DNA of 64,000 bases from Marsupella aquatica (Eukaryota; Plantae; Marchantiophyta). This document shows, one piece after another, positions 23,840 through 38,142 of the stretch (its first letter is position 1; each line of letters starts with the position of its first letter). Where the stretch lies: the NCBI GenBank assembly GCA_973895155.1, contig OZ316895.1:17501437-17565436 (forward strand). Reading direction: 5' to 3'. Under the pieces are notes generated by a model. That model saw only the letters and a program-made list of their open reading frames with translations, did no database searches and was not told the origin of the DNA. The position numbers and the translations under genes are program-made.

Positions 23840-25286
23840 TTGATAGTCAACCCCCTGAGCCAAACGCCTCCACGGAATACCTCAAGCAAGCATCCAAGTG
23901 TCTCTAGCACCACCTGCGGCCCCTCCCATACGAAGCCGCACTTGCTCACCTACACGACCGCTACTCAACGGTCCTCACTGTCTGCACAAGCAACCAAGCA
24001 CCTTGGTAAGTAACCACTTCGGATCTAGAACTCGCCAAGTCTAGCATCCTAACTCAAGCTCAACAGACATTGGTAAATAGGTCAGCGATAGGTCCTCCCG
24101 ATGCCATAAGCCGGAACCAGAACCCACGCCCACTGTTCATCCAGAATAGCTCCTTCCTTGGGCGCGGCCCGGGTTCCCCCTTGTATCTATCCATCACCAA
24201 CTGACCGCCCTGACCTCAGGACATGCTCATGGCCCAAATAGCGTAGCTTGTCCTAAAGCTTGTCCCAAGCTTGTCTCAACACACCAGGACCAGAACGGCC
24301 CCAACTCTAACAGCCGCTCTCTTCGCCCCACTGATGGTCTAGGGACCGAGCGCCCTTGGGACTCAGCCTCCATACCTACTTGGCCTTGCCTCCCCAACGC
24401 AAGTTCCCTTGGGAGGCTAAACGCGGCTTGGCTGCTGTTCGGCAGGATTTGGCAAGCGGGCAAGCTAACACCTGCAAACCATGAGAACCCATGGCACCCC
24501 GGACCCATCTGAGCTCAAGAGCTTTCCAACGCACCCAAGAAGTCTTCCAACGGACTCCCCGTTGGAAAGATATCGTCATTTCCGTTTGGCGGTTTCCCTT
24601 AGTGTCGCGACCGCCGCGGCTCACGACTTCGGCTCGGCCTTAGCCCCAGGGAGACACCACTCCCCTCATATATGCTTCTGGAGACCTGCCACCCCCGGAC
24701 CAACTTTGGTCCCTAAACATTTGGCCCCCAACCCGGATCCCATCGCGCATAATGGGCGCGCCACCAACTGGTAACGCCCATAACTTTCTTGATAGGCATC
24801 CGCAAGCGGAGTGCCTTAGCCCGTTGTGACCCGGCCGACCCAGTGCTCATGCCTAGGCTCTCAAGTCTGATCGCCGTTCGGGGCCCCCGACCGGCCCAAC
24901 CCGGATCGGGCCACAACTTGCGCCCCAAGCGTCCGTTGCCAATGGCGTCAACTCCATTGGCCTTGGGCCCACGAGGAGCTCACTCCCAAACCCTCAAAAC
25001 TCAAAGCCCATCCGATGGTCCTGACGGCCATCCTTGAGCCCGGCCCATTTGCCCTTGACCCGACCAGCCATAGGCTAGTCCAAGTCCTTAGTGTGTGTCC
25101 CCAGCTTGGCCCCTTGTCTCGCTAGTGCCACGTCTCATTTCCCACAAGTCTCCCCATGCTAAGTCCTCCCCGGATGGCCTATCCGGGCCTGGACCATAAG
25201 GGAGCTCGGCGTCGGAGTCAGCGACACCGGAGCTAAGTGCTAAGGTAATCGAGTTCCGCGACTATTCATTTGCTATAATTGTGACA
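23840..25286. mobile_element. GC-rich non-coding block, probable retrotransposon/LTR remnant
   Basis: GC content is markedly higher than the flanks, there is no credible ORF, and it ends in TGTGACA. No TSD found. Confidence 0.35.
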
Positions 25287-27424
25287 GGATAATTTTAGTA
25301 TCGGAATGTCTTCCCACCCCAACCCACTTTGCCCTCTCCTGGTTGGCTGCCATACTCCCCCATCATCCCTAGTCAAAGGTGGGAGAGGGTATTGAGGTTA
25401 AGTTGAGGATGGTGACTACTGTCCAATGATGATGAAAACTGGCAAATATATCTTGACCATTGGATCATTTCAACTTAACCAGAGTTCTTTTGTTTAAACA
25501 ACCATGAAAATGTGGCCACTTAGTATGATTGGAAGGAAAAAAATCCCATTGTAGTAGCTCTCAGTATATATCACACTATCAGAGTGCCAAAAAACACAAG
25601 TAGTCAAACCAAAAGACCCTATCCCAAAGACAAAGAGAGGGGGAAAACATGAGAAAAACCCATGAACATTAACTAAGGAGCCAAACAAACCAAATAGTCC
25701 CAACAGGAAAAAAGGAACACAAACCCTAGTTTCCCACTCAATAGGGTCTTTTGCCTGAGGGATCATGTCCCTTAGTTGGGCCCCTTTGTTTTTTTGGCAA
25801 TTTGAAATATACATAGTTTCCCCTCTTTGGGGGTCTCTTCCCTTTGCTATATTGTGTCCCTCTGTTTTTTTCTTGGCAGTCTGCTATATACACTAAGCAA
25901 CATTTAAATATCAGTTTTTAAAACATGTAAATACTTGCAGTACCCCCTTGTATAGGTGACACGGATCTTTTGCACAGATGACAAAATTGATAGCCAAGTC
26001 AGTACTGTACGTACAAAGGACCAATCGCAAGAGATGCTTTGGTGCCATGGAGCCACGTAAGCAGATACCTTGGCGTCCATGCATTGGCTGGTTCCTCCTC
26101 ACTCACTTGAAAAACCACCATGCGTGTAAATCGATCTCCCTCTCTCTGTTCCTCTGTCTCGCTCTCTCTGTACTCGTCTTCCTCTCTCTTTCATGCAAAA
26201 TCAGGGAGCCCAGTTGGTCTTCTAGTTGGGTTGGCTTCCTCAATCCTGAATAGGCTAGAGGACATGCTCTAGGAAGTACTGTACACATCACTGCTACTTC
26301 GAACATTACTGAAATGTAGAAGGAGTCCAAGGTTATCTCGAGCTTTGCCTGCTGAGGTCGTTCTGCTCCAGATCCTTAGAACAGAGCAATTGGTGAATTG
26401 AACTTCGTTCCTCTTTGTGTGATTTCTTGCTTGCAGATTCTCTGATTCTTCGACTTCTGATTGAGCTCGACCACGATCGGTGCAGGAGGCGATTCTGATC
26501 ACGGTACGTCACGAATTGTGGTTACGATAATCATCTTTTGCTTCTCACTTGCCTGTTTGTCCTTTCGGCTGGTCTCTAATTTAATTACATTTGCCCAGTG
26601 CCCGTTGCCTGGAACTTCGAGTCTATGGATCATTTGAGGAATAGTCCGTTCTTCTTCCTGGTGGATTGATTGATCCATCGACCAATTGTTTTTGGGCTCT
26701 GGCCTTGCCAAAATTGAGCTAGCTCATTCTTCATAATATGTCCGAGGCCCTGGTCTCTCGCCCTTAATTTTTACTCGAGAAATCTTTCTCGAGACTGTTG
26801 GAGTAGCCACAGGGTAGCAAGACTTCAATACCTGACTATGGTAAGACTACTTTGGTCATTCTTCTCCTGAATACTTGACGTATGATCTCTGGGTGCCGCG
26901 ATTCGCTTTCTGAGCGTCCAAATATTGACCAATCAATGCCACATCGATCTCCAGTGAGTATGAGGGAAGTCAGAGGAGGGTTCACTCTGTCTGGGAAGAA
27001 CAGAAAGGGAAAGAATTGACAAGATTCGGCTGGTCAATTGGACTTGACTGGCTTGCCATCATTTGCAAATTCATCCAAGAGATTTTGGATCGTTCCGCGT
27101 GATGAAACTGCCTACAAAATATCGGACAATGAATGTAATTTCGTCTCATTTTAGGGGCAGTGAGAGTAATTCCTATTACATGGTAAGGGTCACTCCCCAG
27201 CTGATTGAATTCCTGTTGAAGGAAGCTCCGTAAAGTCAGGAACATACAGATTATATTGACTGAGTATCAATTTCTTACTCAGTGATGCAACTCATGCAGG
27301 CACGCTGATTCACAACTGCCCATATCGATCCTTCGGGTGTGCAGGCTGTCCTTCTACCAACGATCTAGGAACAGGAGCTGCATTCTCACAGCAGATCGTC
27401 AGCAGCAAAGAGATCAGCACCATA

Positions 27425-30400
27425 ATGAGGTCCCAATTAGTGCAGTCCAGCAATACTGGGCTTCGGCATTTGCTGCGCACTGCTAGTGTGGCATCATGTT
27501 TTGGGGAAGAAAGCGTAAGGCCCAGGATAGGTGGGCCCGTAGCAAATCAGAGACAGGACAGTAGAAATTCAAGTCCATCTCAGGACCTGATCCACAGGAG
27601 GAGTCTGTTGGGTGATCGGAGCGATAGCAGAATTAGACCTTCTTCACCAAGTGAGAGTCTGAGGGGCCTCGGAGACAGAAGGTTTTACTCAACGGATGCT
27701 GCATCAAAGGAAGGGTTGGAGACCAGTGGAGACATTCTGGTCAAGATCGAAGTTCCCCACCTCCTGCATATGCTAGACGACGGGCCGGCTCAGGAAATTC
27801 GTACAAGCAAGGAAGAATTGATGGAAATGTATCGCAACATGACGACTGTACGCCGTTTTGAAATTCAGGCTGACATGGTACTGCTTATTAATCTTAACTA
27901 ATCCCATCAGTGTACGTTGTGCATCATGTGTTTCGGCAATGTATCCATTTCCTTATTTACCTGTTTCGTTGTTTTTGCCCTTTTTGGATCATATTATTTC
28001 TGTACCGATTCGATTAGGTTCAGTGCGTTTTTCGAGTTCACGCAATTTAACTCATTTCAATTCAATTCTGTCCGATTCAATGTGCTCCGGGTGCTGGCGT
28101 AGTTCAAGCGTTTATTAGAATCCTAGTGTGTCTGCCCTTGGTTAAGAATTATGAGTCCAGCTGCTTTCCAAAATTCAGCAGCCGAGGATAGGCAGCTTTC
28201 TAGATGAGTGCACAGATGCATAGGACCACATTGCACCTTTTATAATTTGTGAGTACAGTTTTTCGTTGCAACATCTGATGAACTTTAGCTGTTCTGGGTC
28301 TGCCAATGTAGCTCTTCAAGGCACAATTTGTACGTGGATTCTGTCACCTATGCGATGGACAAGAAGCTGTGAGCGTGGGTATGGAAGCAGCATTGACCTT
28401 TGAAGACTCCATCCTAACCGCGTATCGAGTTCATGGAAATTATCTCGCGCGGGGAGGGACACCCTTTGTGAGTATCAACAATCATAATTTGAAATGCCCC
28501 GACAGCTGGTACACATAGCATGGTGATGCTGTAAGAGTATGACATATGTGCATCGTCCATAACCCCCAGGACCGTTAAGCATAGAATAATTAGTGGCCAA
28601 GAGCTTAAAATTATCGATCCAGAGTCGAACAAACTCAGCAATAGGAAGGTCTTTCCGTTGGCCAATAAATGATCTGAATTCGTTTCTCGAGTTGTTTTAG
28701 GAAGCGTTTTCGGAGTTGATGGGCAAGAAAACTGGTGCTGCCATTGGAAAGGGAGGATCCATGCACTTGTACAAGAAGGAGAACAATTTCTACGGAGGAT
28801 GGGGTATAGTTGGCACGTCTGGTCCTTTGGGAACAGGCGTTGGGTTTGCACAGAAATATCTGAAAAAGAAAAATGTTTCGGTTGCTATATATGGTGATGG
28901 CGCTGCAAACCAGGTAAATGACTAGTGTCTGTGGACCCGAAATTAGCTAGCATCAGAGATGAATAGTCAGCAGGCATGATTGTCTGCACCCACAGCATTT
29001 GTGTGATATCTTCCACCGGTTTGGTGTTGACAGTATGTTGCGTGCTACTTCTCACTGGATAAAAGGTGGCACTCATGGTGCAAACAGGCTTTAGTCCTTG
29101 CTTAGTTGCTGAGATGAGGTTCAACTCAAAATGGCTTTTCATTGTGACAGGGCCAACTATTTGAGTCTCAGAACATTGCAGCCTTGTGGGACTTGCCTGT
29201 TATATATCTGGTGGAGAACAATCATGTGAGAACAGTCATGCTCTATGTTGGGAAACCTTTCCTTTCAATTTCAGAATGATCGGTCCGAGAATAAATTCCC
29301 TGCTGGGATCTCGAATGATCTTGGTCTTACAATAGAATTTCATACCATGATGGTTTAGCAGACATGTTCGAACTAACTTGTTGTGTGCAGTATGGGATGG
29401 GAACAGCCGAGTGGAGAGCTTCAAAGAAAACAACGTTTTATGACCGGCTGAGCTACATCCCAGGAATCAAGGTACTTCTGGGAGTTCAATTGTGATTTTT
29501 GAAATTCTTACCCAGCATGATATGCACTACTTACTTTGAGTGGACCCCGAACTACATGACTTACATACAGTTAGTGACCTCCTGTGATCCTGCGTAGTTC
29601 CCATCTGTTTGCAAGGGGGAAATCTGTGGCTGTTTTTGTAAACATCGCTGAATTGTGATGCTGGTGGTGCAGGTAGATGGTATGGACGTGTTTGCTGTGA
29701 AAAGTGCCTTCCTGTATGCGAAGGCGCATTGTCTTGCTGGGAAGGTATGAATTGCAGTATCGTTGTTCTTTGATATTAACAAGCAGTAGCTTTTGTGGGA
29801 TCGGCTGGATTCGGAGTAGCGCCAGAGAAAATCCAAAAGGGTTTCGCAATCGTAGAGTGACACCAAACCTGGGAGATCCACACCCTCGTCATTGTGATCA
29901 AGCTTTAGGGCAATCTAACAAAAAGTGTATGGCTTGCAGGGTCCGATTGTATTGGAGGCTGATACGTACAGATATCATGGTCACAGCATGTCAGACCCAG
30001 GCAGTACTTATCGTGACCGAAGTGAAATACAGGGAATTCGCAAGGCGCGAGATCCCATTGAGCATTTGAAAAAGATTATACTGCAGGTCACATTTTGTCC
30101 TTTGGTCCTTTGGTCCATTTCTTTTATATCTGTGTACTTCATACTTATTAGTTGTTGTCGACGAGTAAGCATCTATGTTTTGGCTCCCTTTCTTGGACTA
30201 TGATCCAAATTATGAAAAGAAAATGACAGATTCATTTTGCATGAAGACTTCGTTTTTCCAGATCGAATAGTATAGAGCGGCAAGAACATAAACACGAAAG
30301 AGTAGTGAGCTGCGGGGCAGTCATCATCTGTTTCGTGCTTGATTCTTTGTTGATTTGAATTGCAGGAGGACGTAAGCTCAGCTGATGAGTTGAAAAGTAT

Positions 30401-30557
30401 CGACAAAGAAATGAGGCGGCAAGTGGAGGAAGCATCAGAAGAGGCTAAGAACGCTCCTCTCCCGGATGACAATGAGCTCTTCTCCAACATATACAAAATT
30501 GACACTGGCCTTGTTACCTATGGGTGTGATAGAGCCAAAAAGGTTCAATTACCATGA
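27425..30557 (+). CDS. Mitochondrial pyruvate dehydrogenase E1 alpha subunit, 8 exons, ~462 aa
   Basis: Exons 27425-27877, 28312-28467, 28701-28913, 29151-29225, 29391-29471, 29673-29744, 29940-30086, 30366-30557. Motifs RGFCHL.DGQEA, GKGGSMH, GDGAANQGQ...ENN (TPP binding) and [13 protein letters not shown] (phosphorylation loop). Confidence 0.95.
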
Positions 30558-33157
30558 GCTCAATAACGCAACCTCTTGATCTGAAGTATTACATCTCCAT
30601 AGCTGAATCTTATACTGGAAGTTAGACAACACCCATGCGAGAGTGAAATCTTCGCAAAATTGAATGCAGTGATAAATGTATGAAACTTTTGTAAATAATG
30701 TGTTGACATGAACAAGTCAATTATTCTCGTCGAATTACACACACAGGATGGACTCGTTCGAATCTAATCTGACCTTGGATGATCTGATTTTCATTACAAT
30801 TCTATTATAGTCCGTTTTCCAGAGCGAAATGTATTTCGAAACGTAGACTTGTTGAAGATGTACTTTGTCAGCAGGTGTAAGCAGAGAGGCTCGGATACAA
30901 TTGTGATTTTATCATCGGAACTACCCACAGCTTCAGCTGGAATTGCTCGGTAGGTTGGAAAAATTGAACTTTTTGGACTTTTTCTAGGGTTGTGCGGGAA
31001 CGGTCGAGAAAGAATCTATCAATGAAGCTTTCCTTACTAAAATGGATTTCTTCGTTGTACTACAAATCACTTCCCTACTGGCTTGGACGACATACATAAG
31101 GGACTGTGGCTGTCTTAAAGCTCTACAGTGGCTCTTTCTCTTACACAAGAGCTGCCTGACTCCCGGAGAGTTTTGACGGTTTGTCCAAAATGACTCAGTC
31201 GGAGTTAATAGCACTGCCTTAGGCATTTGGGAACCTATCGACCCTATGAGACTTGCTCCAGAACAAGGGCCAGAGTAAATTACTCCCCTTGAGCCCCCAC
31301 TCCCGCTTCTGGGGCGGGTTGCTCATGCCAGTGTTGAGGCGAAGAGAGGACGCTCAAGCCACAGACTCTGCAACGATAATAGCCGTAGAAGGATCGAGAG
31401 TACAGCAGCAACAAGGCCCCTCCTATGAAGACAATGTTGATAATAGCTAATCGATCGGTCTGTCATGAGCCCCTGAGTGCACAATCGATGATTACAAGTC
31501 CTTAGGTGCCAATAGAAAGAGCTATTCTTGTAAACGTTGATCATTTACTCTGAGACCCACAACACAATTATCCATGCACAATGGCCACCATTGTGTTCAT
31601 GGGAGGGAGGGGTTTCGGCCCCTTGCCTTGCGATACTCGTAGCCCTTCTGAGGCAATTATGACTGTATCATCAAAGGGTCACTCCCCTTTGACTCAATCA
31701 TGGCCTAAGCAACGTGCCCCGGAAGTGGTAGTGGTGGCTCCCTCAACCCGCTGGCCCGGAGAAGCTGGCTCTGGCCCTCATCTCCAACAACATGAAACTC
31801 ATTCCACTTTAAGGTTAGGAACTGTGTTTGCAGTCATCCTAGGATTATGGTGCAGATTTGTGCACAATTCCGTGGGCTTCGAAGGCTAAAGAAAACAAAT
31901 AGATGTCTGCGTTCGAGAATGAATCCAGAAACCTGCGCTGGAAATGACTTGACCAAAACTTTGTAAATTGAGTGCTTCAGAATGTGTACATGAAGATAAG
32001 AACCAGTGATGACAAGTGGAGTTTTACACATGTTTTCATGAGAATCTAGTTTTAACATCGGCCTGCTATAACATCCAGTTCCTACTTGACAAATGAATTC
32101 AGACATTTTGACTGTCTTGGACTTTTCTGCCCAACATTGCCTAGATTCTTTTTGCTAACATTCTCTACCACGGGTCACAAACCTTCAGGAGTGTTCCTGC
32201 AGCATGTTTAATCTACTACCACTAATAAATCTTCTTCCGACGTCTACAAATACAATCTCCAGTTGAAATGCTTATATTGCAGGGCAAGCTCCGTTAGCCA
32301 CACTCACAAATGACGATCAACACATAACCGGGACAGACTAACATTACGAACGTCCCAGTTAGGAAAGGGAAGTTATTTTGGACGAAGGAGTATCTCTGTT
32401 CCAAGTTACAACCTTCAGTGAGGAGCGACAAGGCTTTCAATTAAGATGTGAAGCTGCAGTGGCCACGAAGCGTTTTGCCAGAATGATAACCAGCAAGTTA
32501 CCACTGCAATTCAAAAGGCAAAACCCAGGCCTTACACCGACAGTCTCCCTTTATTCGAGGAACTCTGCATCTATCATCCGAAAATGTCCAACTGATGAAT
32601 GTTGCGGGACAATTCGTAGATGTGGCCATGGCATTGCCTCCACGTATAGCCAATAAAATGATTGCTTCCTAGTTGCAGCCTTTCGAGAAAGGTTCTCTAA
32701 CTTACTCGAAAAAGAAAGTGGCATTTACACCAGACACATTCACAAGTACCTCCACAATGTACAAAACAGTAGCTGAGAAAACTCAGCTAGTTGGGAAACA
32801 TACGGCAGCAATGCTCGAGAGAACGTATTCCCAAGGTGGACATTTGAAAGTCATTGAATTGCCGAAATTTGGTCACGAAATTTAAAAATCACAGTGCATG
32901 GCCTGGCAGAACGCCACACTGTGACCTTGCTTTCCATTCAATAAAATGGAATTGGGCATAAATTCACTGCACAGAAACCCTGAACTGGCAAGAAGCACAA
33001 CTTGCAAGAGCTGGGAGTCCACAGAAAGCCCGAGAATAGACCTTTACATTACTAAAGAAAAAAGTTCCCTAATCCACCCACATATGCATTGCACTGCCAA
33101 TGAATGTTGGAGAAAGAAAATGCAGATTATAGGATGACTGTTCAGTATGGGGTCTCG

Positions 33158-33961
33158 CTATGTTTTGAAGAATAGTTCATTGGCTTGATCAGGGAAGAAC
33201 TGCAAGAAGAGGAAAGCTAACACGAGAATTGTACCAAGAATGACAGAGAACTTTCCCTGGACAGTCACCAGTCCACCTTTGCCTCCATCTTTGAGCTCAA
33301 CTTCACCATTCTTCGGGAAAAGACCTGGTGGCACACTTTGCAATCCCGTCGAAATATACGCAAGATTTTGGTACCCCAGTTCCTGTAATCTGTCGCTTGC
33401 GTAGCCAGACCTGAGACCCTCGTTGCAGACCAGAAGAAGCTTGCTATCCTTCCGGAACTCTTTTGTGACTTGAGAATTGAATTCAGGGTTCTGTTTGGTG
33501 AATGCAAGGCCGTAAAAGAGGCCGGAAAAACCATTATGCAATTGCCTGTTGACAATAGTACCAATGTCCATGTCCTCGTTCTTAATGAAGTAGGGGATAT
33601 GGACAGCGGTGGGGATATGACTGCGCTCGTACTGAACCTGATCCCGGATGTCCACGATCGTGTACCCCTCTTCATCAACTAATTTCTTCGCCTCTTCAGC
33701 ATTCACATATTGGACCTCCGCAACTGCCTGACCTGCCACCAAACTTACGCTTCCCCTCTGGCTGCTCCCTCCAATCCTTTCGACCTCCTGCCTCACGACT
33801 CTTTGAAACGGACTGCCTTGCAACGAAGGGCTTCGTGAGAATCTCCCAGATCCTTTCAACCCACATCTTCTAGAGCTGCTTCGATGAGTGTTGGACGCCG
33901 GAGGCAATGCTGGCAGCGAGGCCACATTGCCACACAACCTGAACGAAGTGGAGGTCGCCAT
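33158..33961 (-). CDS. STR9: Plastid rhodanese-like domain protein (STR9-like), intronless
   Basis: Transit-peptide-like N-terminus from ATG 33961. VNAEEAK, DIRDQVQYERSHIP, LLLVCNEGLRS and a C-terminal TM segment ending QFFPDQA match Arabidopsis STR9. Confidence 0.9.
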   Translation of the reverse strand: MATSTSFRLCGNVASLPALPPASNTHRSSSRRCGLKGSGRFSRSPSLQGSPFQRVVRQEVERIGGSSQRGSVSLVAGQAVAEVQYVNAEEAKKLVDEEGYTIVDIRDQVQYERSHIPTAVHIPYFIKNEDMDIGTIVNRQLHNGFSGLFYGLAFTKQNPEFNSQVTKEFRKDSKLLLVCNEGLRSGYASDRLQELGYQNLAYISTGLQSVPPGLFPKNGEVELKDGGKGGLVTVQGKFSVILGTILVLAFLFLQFFPDQANELFFKT

Positions 33962-36076
33962 CGATGGATGGCGACTCAATACACTGACCACACTCAAATC
34001 ACACTACTCCACAACTCAACTAGCTGCTTGGGGGCTCTCTTCACTTGAAATCCAATCGAAGAACGAGCTGAGTACCAAGTAAAAGGTCCTCCAGACGAAC
34101 AATCTCCTCTCGACTATGAAGTCCTCCGAATTCATACAAGCAGTCTTTCAGGATTAGCCTCAGTAGCGGAACCCATGCTTTGAACTCAATCAAATTCTCC
34201 ACCAGCAATCTCCACAGCTCGGATCAGACTAGTGCCATGGTTTTGCCTGGCGGAACGATGGGATTTGGGTGTAATAAGCCCGACCAATGAGAAGAGTGGC
34301 ATAGTGAGGGTCAGACTGATAGTCATTGAGAGCAGTTTGTTCACACTTTCTCGAATCGCAGACTACCGCAAACGGGATAACTTTGAATTGAGGAAGATCC
34401 ATTACGACCAGTGTCTGTCTGGAGCTGGAATTTGCCGAGAATGTGGTTACACCTTCATCGTCATGTAAAGAGGTCAGCGAGGACATACCGGAAGATCTAA
34501 CGGGAGTGGGAAGTCCGATGCTTTGGAATTTTGAGATCGGACCGTCCAATGTCTGCTGCGGTTGTAGATAAGGTGAACAGATTACTCATAGGAGCACTGA
34601 ACGTGGTCAAGTTTGTCAAGGATTAGTTTGGTACTTTGGTCACCCGAGTTCAATCCCTGTGGACGCATATATATATTTCAGGTGTTGCGTTTTTTTCTTT
34701 CCTTTCGGGGGAGAAAGGTGTAGGGTAGCCAAGACCTCTAGGAGGTTATAGCCTGTCAGGGGGTTAGAGGCTCTAAGTCCAGTGGGGAATGGAGGAAATA
34801 GCTCAGATAGGGGGGACTGGTTAGCAAGAATAGACTTGGAATTAAGGAGTTGCAGTCCTATCTCCACCAATAACATGGATTAATCTGGTAATCCCCAGGC
34901 GAGGTTATCGCCCATAACCTTCAATAAAAATAGAAAGGAGAATTCACAAAGAGAAAAACCCACCAAACTTAGTGTTACTTTGGACTCAAAAACACTTTTT
35001 ACTAGTACTTTGAATTATAACCTAACACTGCTCTTGCCTCCCCACCACTCTCAATTTTGCCCAAAATTACCGCATCCTCATCCAGGACATAGTTATGATC
35101 ACCCTAAATAATATTTGTTCTCTGGGCATACTCCTGTCCCACCTTGCCATTGACCACCTACCCTTGGCTCACCCTTGCCCATCACCCTAGGCCTGCCTTG
35201 CTCCTGACCACCCACACACCCTAAACTATCCTCATACTTGCTTGCCTTTGCTTCCCAACTTGCCTTGGCCCCTTACAACCAGCCAACCTTATCCCTAAAA
35301 ACGAACAGCAACATTTTGGGTTTGCCAAGTCCTCACCAGGGACCAATCATGCCATCATCCTTCCACATAAGCCTTGCCCGTTTAGCTTGCTCGTGATACC
35401 AGCCATTTTTTTGTGGGCAAAAATTAGCCAAACACATACCTAAAAAAAAAGCAGGCAGCTAATGATACTTAAGCTGAAATTTTAAAAATTCTGATTCATT
35501 TGCCACCACCTAAAGCACTATGAGGGAGTGTTAGCCAGGAAATACTCTACAATACTTAAAACTTACTCCATCCAGACCTGTGCTTGTCTGTAGGGTAAAA
35601 CAGTAGCCACCTTGACTAATGTTTAAAATTAAGAAAGAAAAAAAATTGGCTGCCTGATACCCTACCCTTGCTCATCGTTTCCCCCCAGTTGGCCCAAACC
35701 ATCCTCACTTGTGCCCACCGCCCTAGAGGCACCTTACTTTTGACTGCCCAGGGCATTGCCCTCATCCTTGTCCACCCTTGCTGCCATTTCAACCACTTTT
35801 GATCACTCTCCTCCAATTCAAACCCACCTCTCCCAACCATCTCTACCCTTGCCCACTCGCTTGCTTTGCTGCCACAAACTGCTATCACCCTTGCTTGACC
35901 TCACTCTTGCATATGTACTTGAATTGGCATCACCCTCACCTAATTTAGAGCGACTGGCAATGTAGATGCATATTAATGCCAAAATCTGTACGGTTAGAGA
36001 GACCACTACCCGCAGATTTGCCCGACCTTAGTACTGATATAATTACACAAAATGAGACTTCACTTCTATGCAACAG

Positions 36077-36150
36077 ATGCTGGCTCAGTGGTATACAAGC
36101 AAAGTTGGGCACCAACAGGTGCAGGGTTTGAATCCTGCCAAACACGCCAC
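36077..36150 (+). mobile_element. tRNA-derived SINE head or pseudo-tRNA
   Basis: Box A-like TGGCTCAGTGG and box B-like GGTTTGAATCC at tRNA spacing, but no complete cloverleaf. Similar degenerate copies at ~34600-34667 and ~62871-62940. Confidence 0.45.
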
Positions 36151-37507
36151 TTTGCTTTTGAAACAAACCCCACCCAAAAGTGGGGTTCATTCAGTTCTTT
36201 TGACACTTCAGAAAAAATATGTAATCACGCATTTTCTCGGGCAGCAGACGGGGATGGCCACGGGCAAGGAGCGTGCGAGGCTCATTAAAGAGCCTCGATA
36301 TTGTCATTCAACCTGAATCTCACCTAGCGCACCTTGCTTGTCCACACTTTTGCCCATAAATATTCCAGATGAAAGTTTGCTTTCACACTATGGATTTCAG
36401 TGAGCCTTGTATTAATCATGTGCATACTTCCAAAGCAAATTATTCTGTTTCTCTCACAAAAACATTATTTGAGCAGATTCCCACTTTGTGAAACCAAGTG
36501 GATTTTCTTAAGCCGCCTAACAGTATAGATGGAGGTATTGAACTCCTACCAGATACTAAGGTATAAAGGCAAGATTAATGGAGATTGAAATCATCTGTAT
36601 GTATGGTAACTATTTTCACCCAGATAATATATATATATATGTCTGGTGGTCCGGCAGTTTGGGGAAATGGTGAGAAAATTATATTCCAAACTATCATGAC
36701 AGCCTGAGAATTTTTCTATCATGAGGCAAAATGACCAGAAAATGGTGTTAATTGTTGAGATTGGTTGTGAACACATGTTTTGGCTTGGCATAAACAAAAT
36801 CAGCTTTTAAGTACATTGCCACTAAGGATGATTGATTTTATAATACAGTCACTATTTGTGTCATTTGTATTTACAAATATGCCAAGTGTTCTTATGTAGC
36901 TCCTCTGGTTACATTGGTGAACTTGTCATCCATATACAGAATCGTGTTATATTTGGAAATACAATTAAAACTGTGGCAGTATTGTCAATTAGAATATCTT
37001 TAGTGGCAAGTACTTAAAAGCTAATCAAAATATGTGAAAATTTGACTCAGAAAACTGTTTGCCTGGAAGCCTGTAAAATAACTTTTTACAATCAAGAACC
37101 ACTAACAGAATTTCTGCTTGGTATGTCTAGCAAAGCATGCGAAGATTGAAGGTAATCACTTTTGGGAATTTGGAATAGTGAACCAAGTTACTGGTTAAAT
37201 TAAATTCTGGAATTGAGAGCCACAAACTACAGTAGGTTACCATTAAACTGCCATTGTCCAGCAGGTTTGGGAAAGACAAAAAAAATTGCATTTTTAAATT
37301 TTCTTAAGAACATTATTGACTACTTTTGATAACTTGAATCCATTAAATTTTAGTTAGGGGACAGCAGTGGTTTAAAGAATATAACATTTTGCAACTGAGA
37401 ATTGCAAACCAGATTACCCCTACAAATCAAAGAAAACAACTTGCATTTGAGAGTTGCCAACCCTCACATGAACCTCCAACCAGGTTTCACATAAAAATAA
37501 AAGAAAA

Positions 37508-37988
37508 CAGCTTTTTACATTCTGTCTCCCAAACTACCCCATATTACTAACTTGCCGTCCAAACTAAATTATTATCAACCTGCCCCCCATTTTGCATTTG
37601 GGTTAGTATTAACTCATATATTGGTTCCAGTTGCCATGTGACAACTATTGGCCGCCTTAACCCTGCCGTGACCCCCTCGCCTTCCTTCCCCTCCCCCTTT
37701 GCAGGGAACAGCTGTAGGTCCAGGAGATAAAAAAACATGCTTCTCCCTCCCTCACAATACCCGAACACTGTCGGCGCTCAAGTCTATCAGGAAAAAGCAG
37801 TGGGGAAGGGGCATTGTGAGGGGTTAAGGCTAGGCAATAGCAAGCCACCATATGGAAACTGGAACCCATATAAGAGTTAATACTCATATACTCAATGGGG
37901 GACGGGTTGATAAATAATTTTGTTTCCAGACCATGTTAGTAATGTGGGGTAGTTTAGGTAGTTTAGGGGACAGGTTAGTAGAAAGCTC
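37508..37988. mobile_element. Mutator-like foldback MITE
   Basis: About 190-bp imperfect inverted arms (e.g. AAACTACCCCATATTACTAAC / GTTAGTAATGTGGGGTAGTTT; GTATTAACTCATATATTGGTTCCAG / CTGGAACCCATATAAGAGTTAATAC). 9-bp flanks AAAAGAAAA / TAAAGAAAA. Confidence 0.8.
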
Positions 37989-38110
37989 TAAAGAAAAATA
38001 CCTTTTAGTGATTGACGAAGGCGAACCTTGGTTCCTACTAAATTGGTACTGTAAGTAAACCCGCAGAGCGACGGCCGTTTTTGTCGCTTGGAGAAAAGCC
38101 ATTACTCCGC

Positions 38111-38142
38111 CCCTAAACCCTGCTTCGAGGGTTTGAGGGTTT
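38111..38142. promoter_or_regulatory. Telo-box-like motifs upstream of the RRM gene
   Basis: CCCTAAACCCT plus two AGGGTTT near the probable transcription start. Confidence 0.35.

Noticed and set aside
36077-36150. Possible functional tRNA gene
   Set aside because: The acceptor and anticodon stems do not pair properly, so it is kept only as a SINE-like remnant.
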